Positions 25,100 to 39,296 of a stretch of 60,569 nt of DNA are shown here, one piece after another. Under the pieces are notes generated by a model, which saw only the letters and a program-made list of their open reading frames with translations, was not told where the DNA came from and did not search any database. The stretch comes from Octopus bimaculoides (Eukaryota). The translations under genes and the position numbers were made by a program. Position 1 is the stretch's first letter; every line of letters starts with the position of its first letter. The DNA is taken from contig NC_069002.1 in NCBI RefSeq assembly GCF_001194135.2, positions 14,363,991 through 14,424,559 of the forward strand, read 5' to 3'.

Positions 25100-27059
25100 G
25101 ACTATCTATAATTAAAATGGACACATATACACAAAGGGAGATATTATGAGACAGGGGTGAGAGAGATACTGAAAAATTGATAAACGATTGTGTGTGAGTA
25201 CACACTTATATATACATAATGCCCGGAGGCCTGCATTTTTAAAAAAACATGACTTTCTTTATAGAAATATGGCATAAAGAAATTAAATGAGGAAAGAAGG
25301 AAAATTAGTTGTGCCGAGGAAAACATAAAAATACATATCGTGATTCCAATTATATATATAAACATAGTTGTACATATTACGTATTTGTCATTAAGCATAT
25401 ATATGTACATGAATATATATATATATATATATANNNNNNNNNNNNNNNNNNNNNNNNNNNNNNNNNNNNNNNNNNNNNNNNNNNNNNNNNNNNNNNNNNN
25501 NNNNNNNNNNNNNNNNNNNNNNNNNNNNNNNNNNNNNNNNNNNNNNNNNNNNNNNNNNNNNNNNNNNNNNNNNNNNNNNNNNNNNNNNNNNNNNNNNNNN
25601 NNNNNNNNNNNNNNNNNNNNNNNNNNNNNNNNNNNNNNNNNNNNNNNNNNNNNNNNNNNNNNNNNNNNNNNNNNNNNNNNNNNNNNNNNNNNNNNNNNNN
25701 NNNNNNNNNNNNNNNNNNNNNNNNNNNNNNNNNNNNNNNNNNNNNNNNNNNNNNNNNNNNNNNNNNNNNNNNNNNNNNNNNNNNNNNNNNNNNNNNNNNN
25801 NNNTATATATATATATATATGCGCATACGTATTTTCCCGTTATTATTCGGGAGACAAATGAAGTAAGCAAAAATCACTTCATCCTCACACATATACATAT
25901 ATACGTATATATACATATGCATATGAGTATGTGTGTGTGTATGTGTGTGTGTGTGTGAGTGAGAGTGTGTGTGTATATATGTTTGTAAACATGTGTATGT
26001 GTCTATGACTGTATGCATCTTTGTAGGTATTCTTTATGATATTTTCCCTTTATGGTAGCTCATTGCAGAAAATTGTTTATATTAATTTATAAATGCATAT
26101 ATACCTATATATATGTATATANNNNNNNNNNNNNNNNNNNNNNNNNNNNNNNNNNNNNNNNNNNNNNNNNNNNNNNNNNNNNNNNNNNNNNNNNNNNNNN
26201 NNNNNNNNNNNNNNNNNNNNNNNNNNNNNNNNNNNNNNNNNNNNNNNNNNNNNNNNNNNNNNNNNNNNNNNNNNNNNNNNNNNNNNNNNNNNNNNNNNNN
26301 NNNNNNNNNNNNNNNNNNNNNNNNNNNNNNNNNNNNNNNNNNNNNNNNNNNNNNNNNNNNNNNNNNNNNNNNNNNNNNNNNNNNNNNNNNNNNNNNNNNN
26401 NNNNNNNNNNNNNNNNNNNNNNNNNNNNNNNNNNNNNNNNNNNNNNNNNNNNNNNNNNNNNNNNNNNNNNNNNNNNNNNNNNNNNNNNNNNNNNNNNNNN
26501 NNNNNNNNNNNNNNNNATATATACATACAAACGCACACAAATACACAAACACACACACACACACACACATACGCACATATCTAATTTACTCTTGCATTGT
26601 ATTCATACATGTACATACATATGTACATCTGAAAGCTGTTTAACTTTATCTTACTTCTTCTGTCTTTGAAACGTAACGCATCTTCTGGAACCAATATTTG
26701 GTGATAAAATATTAACTACAGTCATTGTGTGTGTTCGTGTGTGTGTGTGTGTGTATGTTTGTGAGTGAGTGTATACATACACACGTACACACGCACATGC
26801 ACATAGAAACACACACACACACACACACAAACACGTATGTAAGAAACTTCGGGCTCAACCAACGTATGATGGAAATGAAGACTTTGTGTGGGGCCTGTCA
26901 TCCAACCAAAAAAAAAAAAAAACAAAAAAAAAGCCAAGTAACGTTTACAAGACTTACGATAGAACGTAGTTTAAAAAGAAATGTTATGCGTATAATCCAG
27001 ATCACATTTGATAATTTTGTCCTTGAAGTTAATTAATTAGCTAAACATAAACAAAGTAG

Positions 27060-27096
<37 letters not shown>

Positions 27097-27333
27097 TATA
27101 TAAGGTTAAAAAAAACACGATAAACGGAAATCCTCAACACATAGCAAGCACGAAAAGGACGATAGCACAACAACAGCAAAGAAGACAAAACAAGATACAC
27201 GAATCGTTCGAAGTCAATTGCCTCTTCAGACGGAGTCTGCAACGCCCTCGTAGTTTCGCCCTCTCCTCTCCGATACTACTTGAAACCAGTTGGACCAAGC
27301 AGAATGCATTAAGCCCTTGAGCAAGACAAACGA

Positions 27334-27625
27334 ATTGATTATTATGTGAGGAGCGCTGTTGAGCGACAGACCATCAAAAGTCCTTGTAACACCAAAGATG
27401 AACTGAAGGCAAGGATTATGACAGCATTCACCAAGATAAAGAAGAAGACTGTCCAGAAGAGTTGCAGGAGATTCCGAAGTCGTCTGGAGGTCATAGTTGA
27501 AGCCAATTCCGATTTAATTGAATGAATTTACTCTTTAGTATTTCAAGATATTTTTATGCAAATTTGTTAAATATTTGTGTTAAAATGAGATGTCAAGTGT
27601 TATTTTCATTTTTGTGTAATTCAGA
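27334..27625 (+). mobile_element. Tc1/mariner transposase C-terminal remnant plus 3' flank
   Basis: 27334-27525 translates as IDYYVRSAVERQTIKSPCNTKDELKARIMTAFTKIKKKTVQKSCRRFRSRLEVIVEANSDLIE*, typical of the Tc1-like end (DYxVWxxxE...ELKxxI...RLxAVIxAxGxxxE). Confidence 0.85.
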
Positions 27626-27972
27626 CGACAGAGAGACCGAAGGGTAATGTTTATCCCCACTTAAACGTGGATGCTCTCTAAGAACAAACTTTACTGCTGT
27701 AGGTATCATGACAGAAGCTCTCATATTCTCATATTGGCTTTTTTTGGTGCAAAATGCACTCTTGAGCATCAAGATAACCCCTGCTACCTCTTGTGCCGAG
27801 ATCACCAGATCACCTGCTTTCAGTCTTTTCTGGTCTTGTCAATGAGAGATACTGACCGCTAGAGGTAGCAGTGATTCACCTCCCTTCCACCTATGTATAG
27901 ATTGTTGTGTCAGGAGAAGCACTGGCGTTGCGATTAGCCTGTTACCTCCATTTATCTGCACTGCCTCTGTCA

Positions 27973-28042
<70 letters not shown>

Positions 28043-28166
28043 TACATATACATGTATTCACTAAATATATGTGCATCTGTTCGTGGAATGCTCATCCACT
28101 TACATGTGCAAATAACTGCATATACCACGGTCAGTTGTAATAGTAGTAGTAGTAGTAGTAGTAGTT

Positions 28167-28217
<51 letters not shown>

Positions 28218-28288
28218 TGTTTCGGACATCCAGAAATTGCTATGAAAAAGAACCTAAACATAAAGTCGAGATAGAGTGGGAAAAGACG

Positions 28289-28360
<72 letters not shown>

Positions 28361-31300
28361 ACTGCTACATCTGCTGCTGCTGTTGCTGGTGTTGCTCTTA
28401 CTGCTGCTGCTGCTGATATTGCCGGCTGCTGTAGCTACTACTGCTGCCGCTGCCACCACCACCACCACCACCACCACCACTGCTACTGCCTCTGGTGCTG
28501 CTGTTGCAGCTAAAGCAACGCGTGAGAGACATAATTTATATGACAGGACAAAACCGAATGCAAGTGCTTCTTTATTGAAATTCAACTTCGGTTTCCATTA
28601 TATATATGCACGTGTATATCTCCGTATATATATATATATATATNNNNNNNNNNNNNNNNNNNNNNNNNNNNNNNNNNNNNNNNNNNNNNNNNNNNNNNNN
28701 NNNNNNNNNNNNNNNNNNNNNNNNNNNNNNNNNNNNNNNNNNNNNNNNNNNNNNNNNNNNNNNNNNNNNNNNNNNNNNNNNNNNNNNNNNNNNNNNNNNN
28801 NNNNNNNNNNNNNNNNNNNNNNNNNNNNNNNNNNNNNNNNNNNNNNNNNNNNNNNNNNNNNNNNNNNNNNNNNNNNNNNNNNNNNNNNNNNNNNNNNNNN
28901 NNNNNNNNNNNNNNNNNNNNNNNNNNNNNNNNNNNNNNNNNNNNNNNNNNNNNNNNNNNNNNNNNNNNNNNNNNNNNNNNNNNNNNNNNNNNNNNNNNNN
29001 NNNNNNNNNNNNNNNNNNNNNNNNNNNNNNNNNNNNNNNNNNNNNNNNNNNNNNNNNNTATATATATAATATATATATATATACAAATATATGCATATAT
29101 CTATACACTTACATACATACGTGCATATGTACAAGGAGGCATATATGTATGTACGCACGTACGCATGAATGTATGTATGTATGTATGTATGTATGTATGT
29201 ATGTGCGTATGTGTAGGATATAGACACAAGTAAATGATATTAGAGAAAATGTAATTGCTTGCTGGATGTAGTTATATATAAAATGAGTTTTCCTAAAGAA
29301 TGAAGTTGCATAGAAACAAGTTCTGTTTTAAAACGGACCAAGAAAAACTTAAGAAATTGATGAATAAGCCAACCACATTAAACACACATACACACGCACA
29401 CGTCTTATAATTCTTTATAATCTAAAACCAGATTTTCATTCAACATCGGTTGATAGTTTTTTGTTGTTTTTATTTTTTGGTCATTCACCATGCGAGACGT
29501 TCACGTTTGAAGAATTACTCAGAAAAATTATTTTATCGATTCGATATTAAGATTGTACATGTGTCTGTGTTGGTTTTGAACGTATGTGTTTGTTTGTTCT
29601 GTAAATATATTTTCTTGCTCAAATCTAACAGACATCTAGTTTCAGAAATAAAATGAAAATATGTACAAACATATTTTGTGGGGCGAATTAAATTGTGAGA
29701 TTTTTTTTTTAATGTTGAAATCAGTGAAGAAAATATGCGACTAGAAATGAATCGGCGAAGTTAGAGGAATAACAGACGTTTTTATTTCTGCTGCTATTGT
29801 TTTTGTTGTTGGTGTTCTTGTTGTTGGTGTTGTTGTTGTTGGTGTTGTTGTTGTTGGTGTTGTTTACTGTCATCGTAATTGAGGAATCACGTGATGAGAC
29901 GTAGTACAACATGATCATGCAATTATTTGATTTCGGACAAATATCTAGTATTTATTGTATTGTTTTGTTAAAGCGTCTGACTGTGACTTGGTGGAGATTA
30001 TTTGCCGGCAAAATTTACGAAATGAAACGACCAAACGCCCTCCACTGTTGGCTTATATTTCCTTGTTTATACATACAGGAATATATTGAGAACATTGCAG
30101 ATGATTGGTAAAGTGCCATGGTAGTATATCGTATGTGATTTCAGGTTCCTTTTCCTTCTCAGCAAATAGTGTAAGGTCGCAGAATGTTAGGTCCTAGAAG
30201 GAAGGCATTTAAAACAGAAACTTACGTTCTATGCTCTGCTTTCAAATTCCTCTGTATTTGGCCTTGCCATTTATTCGTATGATGGTGGTAAAATACTTGA
30301 CGATTATATCTGGTTAGCCGTGCTACCAAAGTATTGAATATATTTGAACGTAGTTTCAAATTTTGCAAAGAGAATATATAAAACGGATCTCTGCTTAAAT
30401 GTGAACATAAAACCCTTAGAGAAAACTTTTGACAGTAAAATAAAAGAGCATTTGAGTGCGTTTATACCTTATTAAAAGAGAGTTTATTTTTCAAAAGCAT
30501 CAATGCTATATTAGTTTTTTTCCCCCTGCATTCTATCATAAACATTTTCGGTTGATTCCAAATTCTGCATTTCGTGTCGTGAGGTAAAAATTTAGATTTT
30601 TTTGAAGTGAATAAACTTGGTGCCTACCAGTAATGTTGTTGAGAAGGGAGAAGACTCTTTCAGAAAAGAAAGTTTATGAAAGATTTTGACAACGATGGAA
30701 ACAATATTCGACGATACTTTTTAATTTGAGGGTTGATGCAACAATTTTTTTAGGAATTTTACTTCATTCTGAAGCAGAATTTGTAATGTCTGATCCTTTC
30801 CATTCGTTATAGGCATCCATTAATGTCCATTATTTATTTATTTTGACAAATTTCAGAACAAATAGTAGACTTGATTTCAGTTTCCTTCAGGAACATTTGT
30901 TAGGACCAGTACCTCAAGTAATTCGTGTGAACGGTTAATAAGATACGCTGAATTTTTTCCCGTTTTAAGCAAAGACAAGAATTTGAAATATTTAAACGAA
31001 ATGAAATCTTGCAGTTCTTTCTGGAAGATTTTGGCAAATCATCCAAATAAATGTTATGTACGGTGGCATCACAATAATTGCCTCCTACTCGGAGATATGT
31101 TGAAAGATCATTAATTCTACTTCTGTTCTAACTGTATCGTTGCATTTCAAAGTATTGTATTCCAAACAATTTTTGATAACAATTTTAATCTAGAATTAGT
31201 AGAATTCCTAAACTTAAGATTCTAAAGGATTCTGCTTGAAATCCCAAATTAAAGTTAAGCAATATCTAAGCTAAGAAAGCTCAATATAGTGTTGTTAAGG

Positions 31301-31544
31301 GCTTTTGAATGTACTTGAAAATTGTTGAAACTATCGAAATATCCTCTTCAAAAGTCGTAGAAGTTAAGAACAACAGCCATATTGCAGACAATTGTCTTGA
31401 AATTCTTTTTACCATTTTTCCAAAGAAAATCATTTTGTGCCGAACAACTAAGCTATGGGGAGGTTAGCACACCAACTCTGGTTGTCAAGAAGTAATAGGA
31501 AAAAGACACTCACGCACTTACACGCCCACAAACACACATGCACG

Positions 31545-31604
<60 letters not shown>

Positions 31605-31674
31605 CGCACACGTATATATTTATATATGTATTTATATATGTATTGTATATATAGATAAATAAAGAAATACACAC

Positions 31675-31988
31675 CTTATATTCTGCATTACCTTCCCATA
31701 CTGCAAAGAAAACTACGTAGGCGAAACAAGTAATTACCTCTGCCAACATGCAAGAATCTACAGGTAACATATCCGACAAGAGGAATTACGCAAGATTCCA
31801 TTAATAAACATCTGGAAAAATATACAGCGGCGGAAAATTCAAAATTTTTCCGTTTTACAAATGTGCACGGGACGATCCGCAATATTGAAGAGCAATGGAA
31901 CTACATTTCATCAAAAAATTCTATCTAAATTTGAATGTTTGAAAGAAAAGTGGTTACAGTACATTTTGTATTCTAAATATAACTCAAA
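31675..31988 (+). mobile_element. Penelope-like element 3' remnant: GIY-YIG endonuclease pseudogene
   Basis: LIFCITFPYCKENYVGETSNYLCQHARIYR*HIRQEELRKIPL / KHLEK / SGGKFKIFPFYKCARDDPQY*RAMELHFIKKFYLNLNV*. It has the IxCxxCxxxYVGET bipartite motif, downstream H and E residues and a terminal LN, with stops and frameshifts. Confidence 0.8.
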
Positions 31989-32185
31989 TATCTGAAACAT
32001 AATGCTCATCTCTGTAAATATTCAAGCTTATATGTGTGGCATTGAGATGTTCTGAGCTTTGCGTGCTTTTCTAGTTTGTAAGTGTTATACTGTTCTCCAA
32101 AGCAAAAACATGAAATTGAAAGAGGTATAATATTGTTTTTCAATGCAAAATATCGACTTTACACAATATAACATGGATATGTTCC

Positions 32186-32283
<98 letters not shown>

Positions 32284-32386
32284 GATGTTTAATGGTAAAG
32301 CGGAGAATTTGCATTTCTTATTCCAAGTGTGGCTCATCTCTACAAATGTTTAGGTATTTATGTGTGTAGCATTATGATGTTCTATG

Positions 32387-32466
<80 letters not shown>

Positions 32467-32571
32467 AATATCTCTCTATCTATCTATCAATCTATCTATC
32501 TATTATTCTATTTTATTTGTGTATTTTTAAATTTTTAATTTGTAAATATTATATTAATGTCTTTTCATGCT

Positions 32572-32665
32572 GAACTACATTTCATCCAAAAAATTCTCGC
32601 CAAAATTGAATTTTTGAAAGAAAAGGGGCGGGGCAGTACATTTTGTATTCTAAGTATAACTCAAA
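32572..32665 (+). repeat. Second copy of the Penelope-like 3' tail
   Basis: gaactacatttcatccaaaaaattc...gaaagaaaag...cagtacattttgtattctaagtataactcaaa repeats 31898-31988 in direct orientation. Confidence 0.85.
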
Positions 32666-32869
32666 GAGGAGGAAAAGAAAGGGGAAAAAAAGAAGGATAT
32701 CGGAGAAAAGAAAGAAAGAGAAAAATGAAATGAAAAACAAATGAGTGGAAGAGAGAAAGAGAGCAAAATGACTTTCAGTGATGATAACACCACACCTACT
32801 TATTTTTGTTTCTTTGTTTCTTTTTGAAGAGGTCAACATACTCAAACCCATTCCAATACAATGGTAAAT

Positions 32870-33258
32870 GTTGTTGTTGTTGGCACTCCGTCGCTTACGA
32901 CGTCGAGGGTTCCAGTTGATCCGATCAATGGAACAGCCTGCTCGTGAAATTAACGTGCAAGTGGCTGAGCACTCCACAGACACGTGTACCCTTAACGTAG
33001 TTCTCGGGGATATTCAGCGTGACACAGTGTGACAAGGCTGACCCTTTGAATTACAGGCACAACAGAAACAAGAAGTAATAGTGAGAGAAAGTTGTGGTGA
33101 AAGAGTACAGCAGGGTTCGCCACCATCCCCTGCCGGAGCCTCGTGTTACTTAAGTGTTTTCGTTCAATAAACACTCACAATGCCCGGTCTGGGAATCGAA
33201 ACCCCTATCCTATGACCGCGAGTCCGCTGCCCTAACCACTGGGCCATTGCGCCTCCAC
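32870..33258 (-). mobile_element. Full-length tRNA-derived SINE (family B) with 13-bp TSD
   Basis: TSD tacaatggtaaat is at 32857-32869 and 33259-33271. The minus-strand head has an A box (tggcccagtgg) and a B box-like gtttcgattcc, and the tail is (AAC)n. Confidence 0.95.
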
Positions 33259-33373
33259 TACAATGGTAAATAACTAACTAAATAAATGAATGGTGAATAG
33301 GAAGGTAGATCCATCTTCTCTCTTCCCTCTCTCTCTCTATGTATGTATGTATGTATGTATGTATGTATGTATG

Positions 33374-33430
<57 letters not shown>

Positions 33431-33594
33431 ATCTATCTATTTATCTATCTATGATACTATCTACCTACCTATAATTCTATCTATGTATTTATCTCCATTG
33501 TCATGGAACTTCATCCAAACCACAAAAGCAATGTTCTCTTCTTCTAAACAAAACCCCATAGAACATCTCTTTTATATAAATGAACAAGCTGTTT

Positions 33595-33674
<80 letters not shown>

Positions 33675-33677
<3 letters not shown>

Positions 33678-33805
33678 AAATCCACTCACAAGGCTTTCGT
33701 CGGCCTGAAGCTACAGTAGAAGCCCATGGTACCACGCAGTCGATTGAAACCCGGAACCAATGTGGTTGAGAAGCATACTTCTCACTACACAGCCGCGCCT
33801 GCGTT
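33675..33805 (-). mobile_element. SINE family C 5' part
   Basis: The reverse complement gives gcaggcgcggctgtgtagtgagaagtatgcttctcaaccacattggttccgggtttc...ccgacgaaagccttgtgagtggatttggta, running into (TA)n/(TG)n. Confidence 0.75.
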
Positions 33806-36197
33806 TATTTGTAGAATCTCAAAATTCTTTGTTTTTTATTTAACGCTGAAACATGAAAGTGCTATTTGAAGCTGGCAGCTGGCAGCTCAATGGAAACTTT
33901 AGACTGGCTCAAGAGTAGCGTAATGTTTGAAGATTTAAAAATTGCTCCGCTTGAAGGAATGTTGAACTCTTCAGAACCCCATCAAGATCATATTAACATT
34001 AGATTTACACACGTGATTCTAATATTGTTTTTGAAAATAAACTATATAAAATTCTAAATACCAGGAGGAATTGTTTTTAATTTTTAAAAGTATTGGGAAT
34101 TCGCTCACTTTTATTTTTAAACTGACAACGTTATAGTATTCAGTTACCTTCAATTTGACTGTACTTTCATTTGACTGGAGCAAACTCGACGATTATTTTA
34201 CAATTTTTGCTAAAACTCTGGGTAAATCATCTAAAAAGGCAACTGATAAATCTGTGTTCTGAGATATATCAGGGGAGGTTGAACTTGGCTGTTGTCTGTG
34301 CTGGGCAGAGGAAGAGTGAAAATAAATTTTATGTAATCTTTTCTGTTATTCCTACTTGTTTCATTTTTTGTATTCAGATTTGAATTAAAATATTGACGAT
34401 TTACTGAGATTTTTCTGTGGAACTTAATGGCAAAAATTAAAAAGAAAATAGAAAGAATGTTACGTATTTGTAAATTTGAAGGAACTTTTTCAGACAGACG
34501 CATACGCACACGCGCACGCGCGAGCGCACACACATGCACATACGATACACGCAGGCACAAGTGTGAGTGTGTAGCAATAAGCTTGCTTTCTAGCCACGTA
34601 GTTCCGCGTTCAGTCTGTTCTCATTGGCTATTGCTTTTTACGCAAATATATCTTTGTGTGGTTATTGTTTTGTGGGTTTCTATGACCTGCGTTTGTTTAA
34701 AATTTAAATGGTATTATGTGTTACATATATCTGTTTCGGATCAGTGTTACCTGAAATTTATCGCTATCAGCTGATATTGTTTTGTGATAGAAACTTCAGT
34801 GAAATATTTTTACGCCTCAAAGGACAAGAGCTGATATCAGCGTAGGATCAAAGAACTAGCTGAAAGTTCGCTTCAGACGATGCAACAATACAGCTTCTAC
34901 TTTTAAATGCAAGACTGCTTTTGTTATAGCATGAAAAATAAACAAATATGGTACCAAAGTATTGCAAAACCTCTGATTCAACACAATATTAAAAGAAAGG
35001 TTATTCGTCCCTGTATGGAATCAGTGTTAATAAACATCAAACACATTAATGGACATCAAACAAGTAGATACAATGCTTAGTGTTGTTTACGCTTGCACAT
35101 CACAGAGCCGTTATGAATATCTCGTAGGAAAAGTATCAGAACAAACAATACATGACAACTTCCTTGTAATTAGTTGTTCCACAGAGAAGTATCTAAAAGG
35201 GTGCACGTGAATTGAAGCAGAACTTCATGAATGATATACATTTTTGAACACCGGTTGGTCGTCCATCAAAATCCTTCAGTGACCAGTTCTGTACCGACAC
35301 CGTTTTCTTTTGGTGGACATGGAGGGGAATATTTCATGGTAATATTCTGTGGGTTATTTTNNNNNNNNNNNNNNNNNNNNNNNNNNNNNNNNNNNNNNNN
35401 NNNNNNNNNNNNNNNNNNNNNNNNNNNNNNNNNNNNNNNNNNNNNNNNNNNNNNNNNNNNNNNNNNNNNNNNNNNNNNNNNNNNNNNNNNNNNNNNNNNN
35501 NNNNNNNNNNNNNNNNNNNNNNNNNNNNNNNNNNNNNNNNNNNNNNNNNNNNNNNNNNNNNNNNNNNNNNNNNNNNNNNNNNNNNNNNNNNNNNNNNNNN
35601 NNNNNNNNNNNNNNNNNNNNNNNNNNNNNNNNNNNNNNNNNNNNNNNNNNNNNNNNNNNNNNNNNNNNNNNNNNNNNNNNNNNNNNNNNNNNNNNNNNNN
35701 NNNNNNNNNNNNNNNNNNNNNNNNNNNNNNNNNNNNNNNNNNNNNNNNNNNNNNNNNNNNNNNNNNNNNNNNNNNNNNNNNNNNNNNNNNNNNNNNNNNN
35801 NNNNNNNNNNNNNNNNNNNNNNNNNNNNNNNNNNNNNNNNNNNNNNNNNNNNNNNNNNNNNNNNNNNNNNNNNNNNNNNNNNNNNNNNNNNNNNNNNNNN
35901 NNNNNNNNNNNNNNNNNNNNNNNNNNNNNNNNNNNNNNNNNNNNNNNNNNNNNNNNNNNNNNNNNNNNNNNNNNNNNNNNNNNNNNNNNNNNNNNNNNNN
36001 NNNNNNNNNNNNNNNNNNNNNNNNNNNNNNNNNNNNNNNNNNNNNNNNNNNNNNNNNNNNNNNNNNNNNNNNNNNNNNNNNNNNNNNNNNNNNNNNNNNN
36101 NNNNNNNNNNNNNNNNNNNNNNNNNNNNNNNNNNNNNNNNNNNNNNNNNNNNNNNNNNNNNNNNNNNNNNNNNNNNNNNNNNNNNNNNNNNNNNNNN

Positions 36198-36586
36198 GTT
36201 TCACTGGTACTTAATTTATCGCTCCCGAAAACATGAAAGGCAAGACAGTGGACCTCAGTAGAATTTGAACTCAGAACGTAGGGATGGGCGAAATGCCGCT
36301 AAGCAGTTTTCTCGGCCTACCAACCATTCTGCCAGTTCGCCAATAAAAATAATAATAAAACTAATAATCATATCTACTCTAGACACAATGCCCGAAATTT
36401 TGAGAGAAGGGGGCCAGTCGATTACATCGACTCCAGTGTTTCACTGGTACTTAATTTATCGCTCCCGAAAACATGAAAGGCAAGACAGTGGACCTCAGTA
36501 GAATTTGAACTCAGAACGTAGGGATGGGCGAAATGCCGCTAAGCAGTTTTCTCGGCCTACCAACCATTCTGCCAGTTCGCCAATAA
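36198..36586 (-). repeat. Tandem duplication of a family A SINE, period 240 bp
   Basis: 36198-36346 is identical over 149 bp to 36438-36586. The first copy abuts an 837-N gap. Confidence 0.9.
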
Positions 36587-37096
36587 CAAAAAATAAATAA
36601 TAATGTATTCTTATTTAGATGTATGCTTAAATAAATGTGTGTGCTTGCATGTCCATATGTTTGCGCGTATCATTTTACAATTCTTGTTTAACTCTATGCA
36701 TTATTATCTCTTTAGAACAGTTGCTAATAATCCAGTTAGTTTTGAAGTCGTACGTTCAGTGAAAAGATTAGATAAAATATGATTTATTGGTTCTTCTTTT
36801 GAGCACAAAATTCAAATTATAAACTCTACAAGAAATTATTTTTATTCTTCGACTACATACAAAAGACGTCAATGATTGCTATAAGCGAGCATTATAGATT
36901 GAATTTGCAACATACTGTGGCTGGTTTGTCTTTTATAATTAGAAGAATAAATAGTTAAACTCCGTTATGAAGATGTGGGGTGCACAAAAATAGAATGAAT
37001 TATCTATATTTGCCTTCGGTAGATAGTAACAAATCATCGCCTTCCAGCACGCTTTACCTGACATAATAATTAATAGATTTAACTTATGGAATGTTG

Positions 37097-37141
<45 letters not shown>

Positions 37142-37748
37142 TTATAATAAGGGCGCTTTTTAGGCACCAGCTTTGCTAAAAATAGGAGTCAAAATCCTCC
37201 GAAGCCACAAGAATTAACACTAGATTTTCACAGGCATGGTTGAAAAAAGACTAAGTTAGATAAGGATTGCGTCTTACCTCTGCAAAATTGCAAGAAGGAA
37301 TGTCAGTTAACTTGATATGATTTCGAATTTAGCACCTAAAGACTATTGGTTCTCTTTATCTAAGTCTACTAGTAAGAAACTCATATATCACTTCAACGTA
37401 ATTTTGCCTATACGGTTTTAGCTTTCCGCCACTTACAACATTAATATCTCTCATGATTATCAATGTTCTTTATATATTTAAAAAAAAATTGTATCTCTCT
37501 CTCTCATACATACACACATATACACACGCACACACACACATACACAGATACATACATAAATGTATGTGTGAGTGTACGTATGTGTGTGTGTGTGCTCACA
37601 CATGGGAAAAGAGGGTATAAAATGGCTACATCTGTTTAGCTTCATCTTGCTGTGTTCTGAATTCAAGTTAGTCCTTTAGTCCTGATAGAACCGAACAAGC
37701 GGGATAACCTCTACCTGGTCCCACTTTACTAGCTACGAAAACACCAGT

Positions 37749-37804
<56 letters not shown>

Positions 37805-39073
37805 GTGTCTGCCTATCTCTCTGTCTCTCTGTCTAGCTATGTATGTGTGTGCGTATATGTCTGCGTGTGTGTGCACTAATGCTTGTTTTCGTGTCACCGC
37901 GTGCTTCTTGTGTGTGGGTTAAGATTTACATAAGCGAAATGGCAAGAAAACAAAACGAGAAAAAGCGAGAAAACCGGTCAAACAAAACGCATGATATTAA
38001 AATAAATTTTAAAAAGGAAAATATATTTTGCAATTGGCTATGTTGCTCAAATATGTCTGCCTCTATGGTAAACAAGTAACTATTAACCAGTTCTTCACAG
38101 TTCGGCCAAGTACTCGAAATGTTACATTCTTTAAGCGCTCCCTACCCAGCCATACACAGGAGAGCCTACTTACCAAACTTTTCTACGAAATCACCCATGA
38201 TTACCAATATTATTCACTAGTAAATATTATAAAATGGTTTTATATCAAGAATTCGTCTCTCTCTCCTCTTCTCTGCTTCCTCGATAGACAAGGAATTCTA
38301 TAAAAAGTACAATAGAACTCAACAAATCTAATTTAATGCAGAACACACACACTTCGACACACACACACACACGCACACACGCACACACATACACACATAC
38401 ATACACACACACGCATACACACTCATTCACACATATGCACATACACACCCACACATTCCACATGCAAAAAAAACACATATACACACATATACAAAAACTG
38501 AAATTCAAGTACATTTACCCACACACAGACACACACATAAAACATTCGCACGCAAACACATACATGCAAATTCACATTCAAATACTCGCACATATATACG
38601 CTCAGACACACACACACACACACACACACATACAAACGCACAAACACGTGTATACACACATACACTCACACAAGCATACAAAATAATCACAACAACAAAA
38701 AAGTACACATGTAAGACTTTTGCCAAACACGTCTTGTCATTGGAACATTCAAAACCAAACAACAACATTGTTTATGATAAATAGCAACAAAAACGGCATC
38801 ATTATTAATATTGATTTCTAAAACAATAACAATAATAACAACAATAATAATTGTTTCTAATAATAATATTAATAAGAAGAATAATTAAGATGATAATGAG
38901 GATAGGAATAATAACTGATTATGCTAACAATGATAATAACAGTAATGGTAATAATATGAATTATAAAAATAGTAACTAATAACATTAGAAATAATAAAAA
39001 TAATCATAATTATAGTAATGATACAGTTAATAATACGAATAATAATTAATAACAATGACAATAATAATATTAT

Positions 39074-39138
<65 letters not shown>

Positions 39139-39210
39139 TCATAATAACAAAAATAATGATATTAATAGTAATAATAATTCTGGCTGTTGTTGTTATTATT
39201 GTTATTACTA

Positions 39211-39296
<86 letters not shown>

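Noticed and set aside
27195-27240. Minus-strand CTGAAGAG...CGAAC-gattcgt hammerhead-like string
   Set aside because: GAAA is incomplete, position 17 would be G, and stem I does not pair.
27781-27871. Perfect 11-bp inverted repeat ctgctacctct/agaggtagcag
   Set aside because: Roughly one such pair is expected by chance in a window this size, with little supporting structure.
30730-31500. Apparently stop-poor reading frames resembling a decayed gene
   Set aside because: About 11 stops in about 185 codons is close to the random expectation for this AT content, and no motif was recognised.
33170-33258. tRNA-like sequences here and at 47618, 48563 and 60067
   Set aside because: These are SINE heads: they continue into SINE bodies and lack a proper acceptor stem, so they are not tRNA genes.
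35260-35360. Possible mariner VFWDxxG remnant
   Set aside because: Too short and frameshifted, and truncated by a gap.
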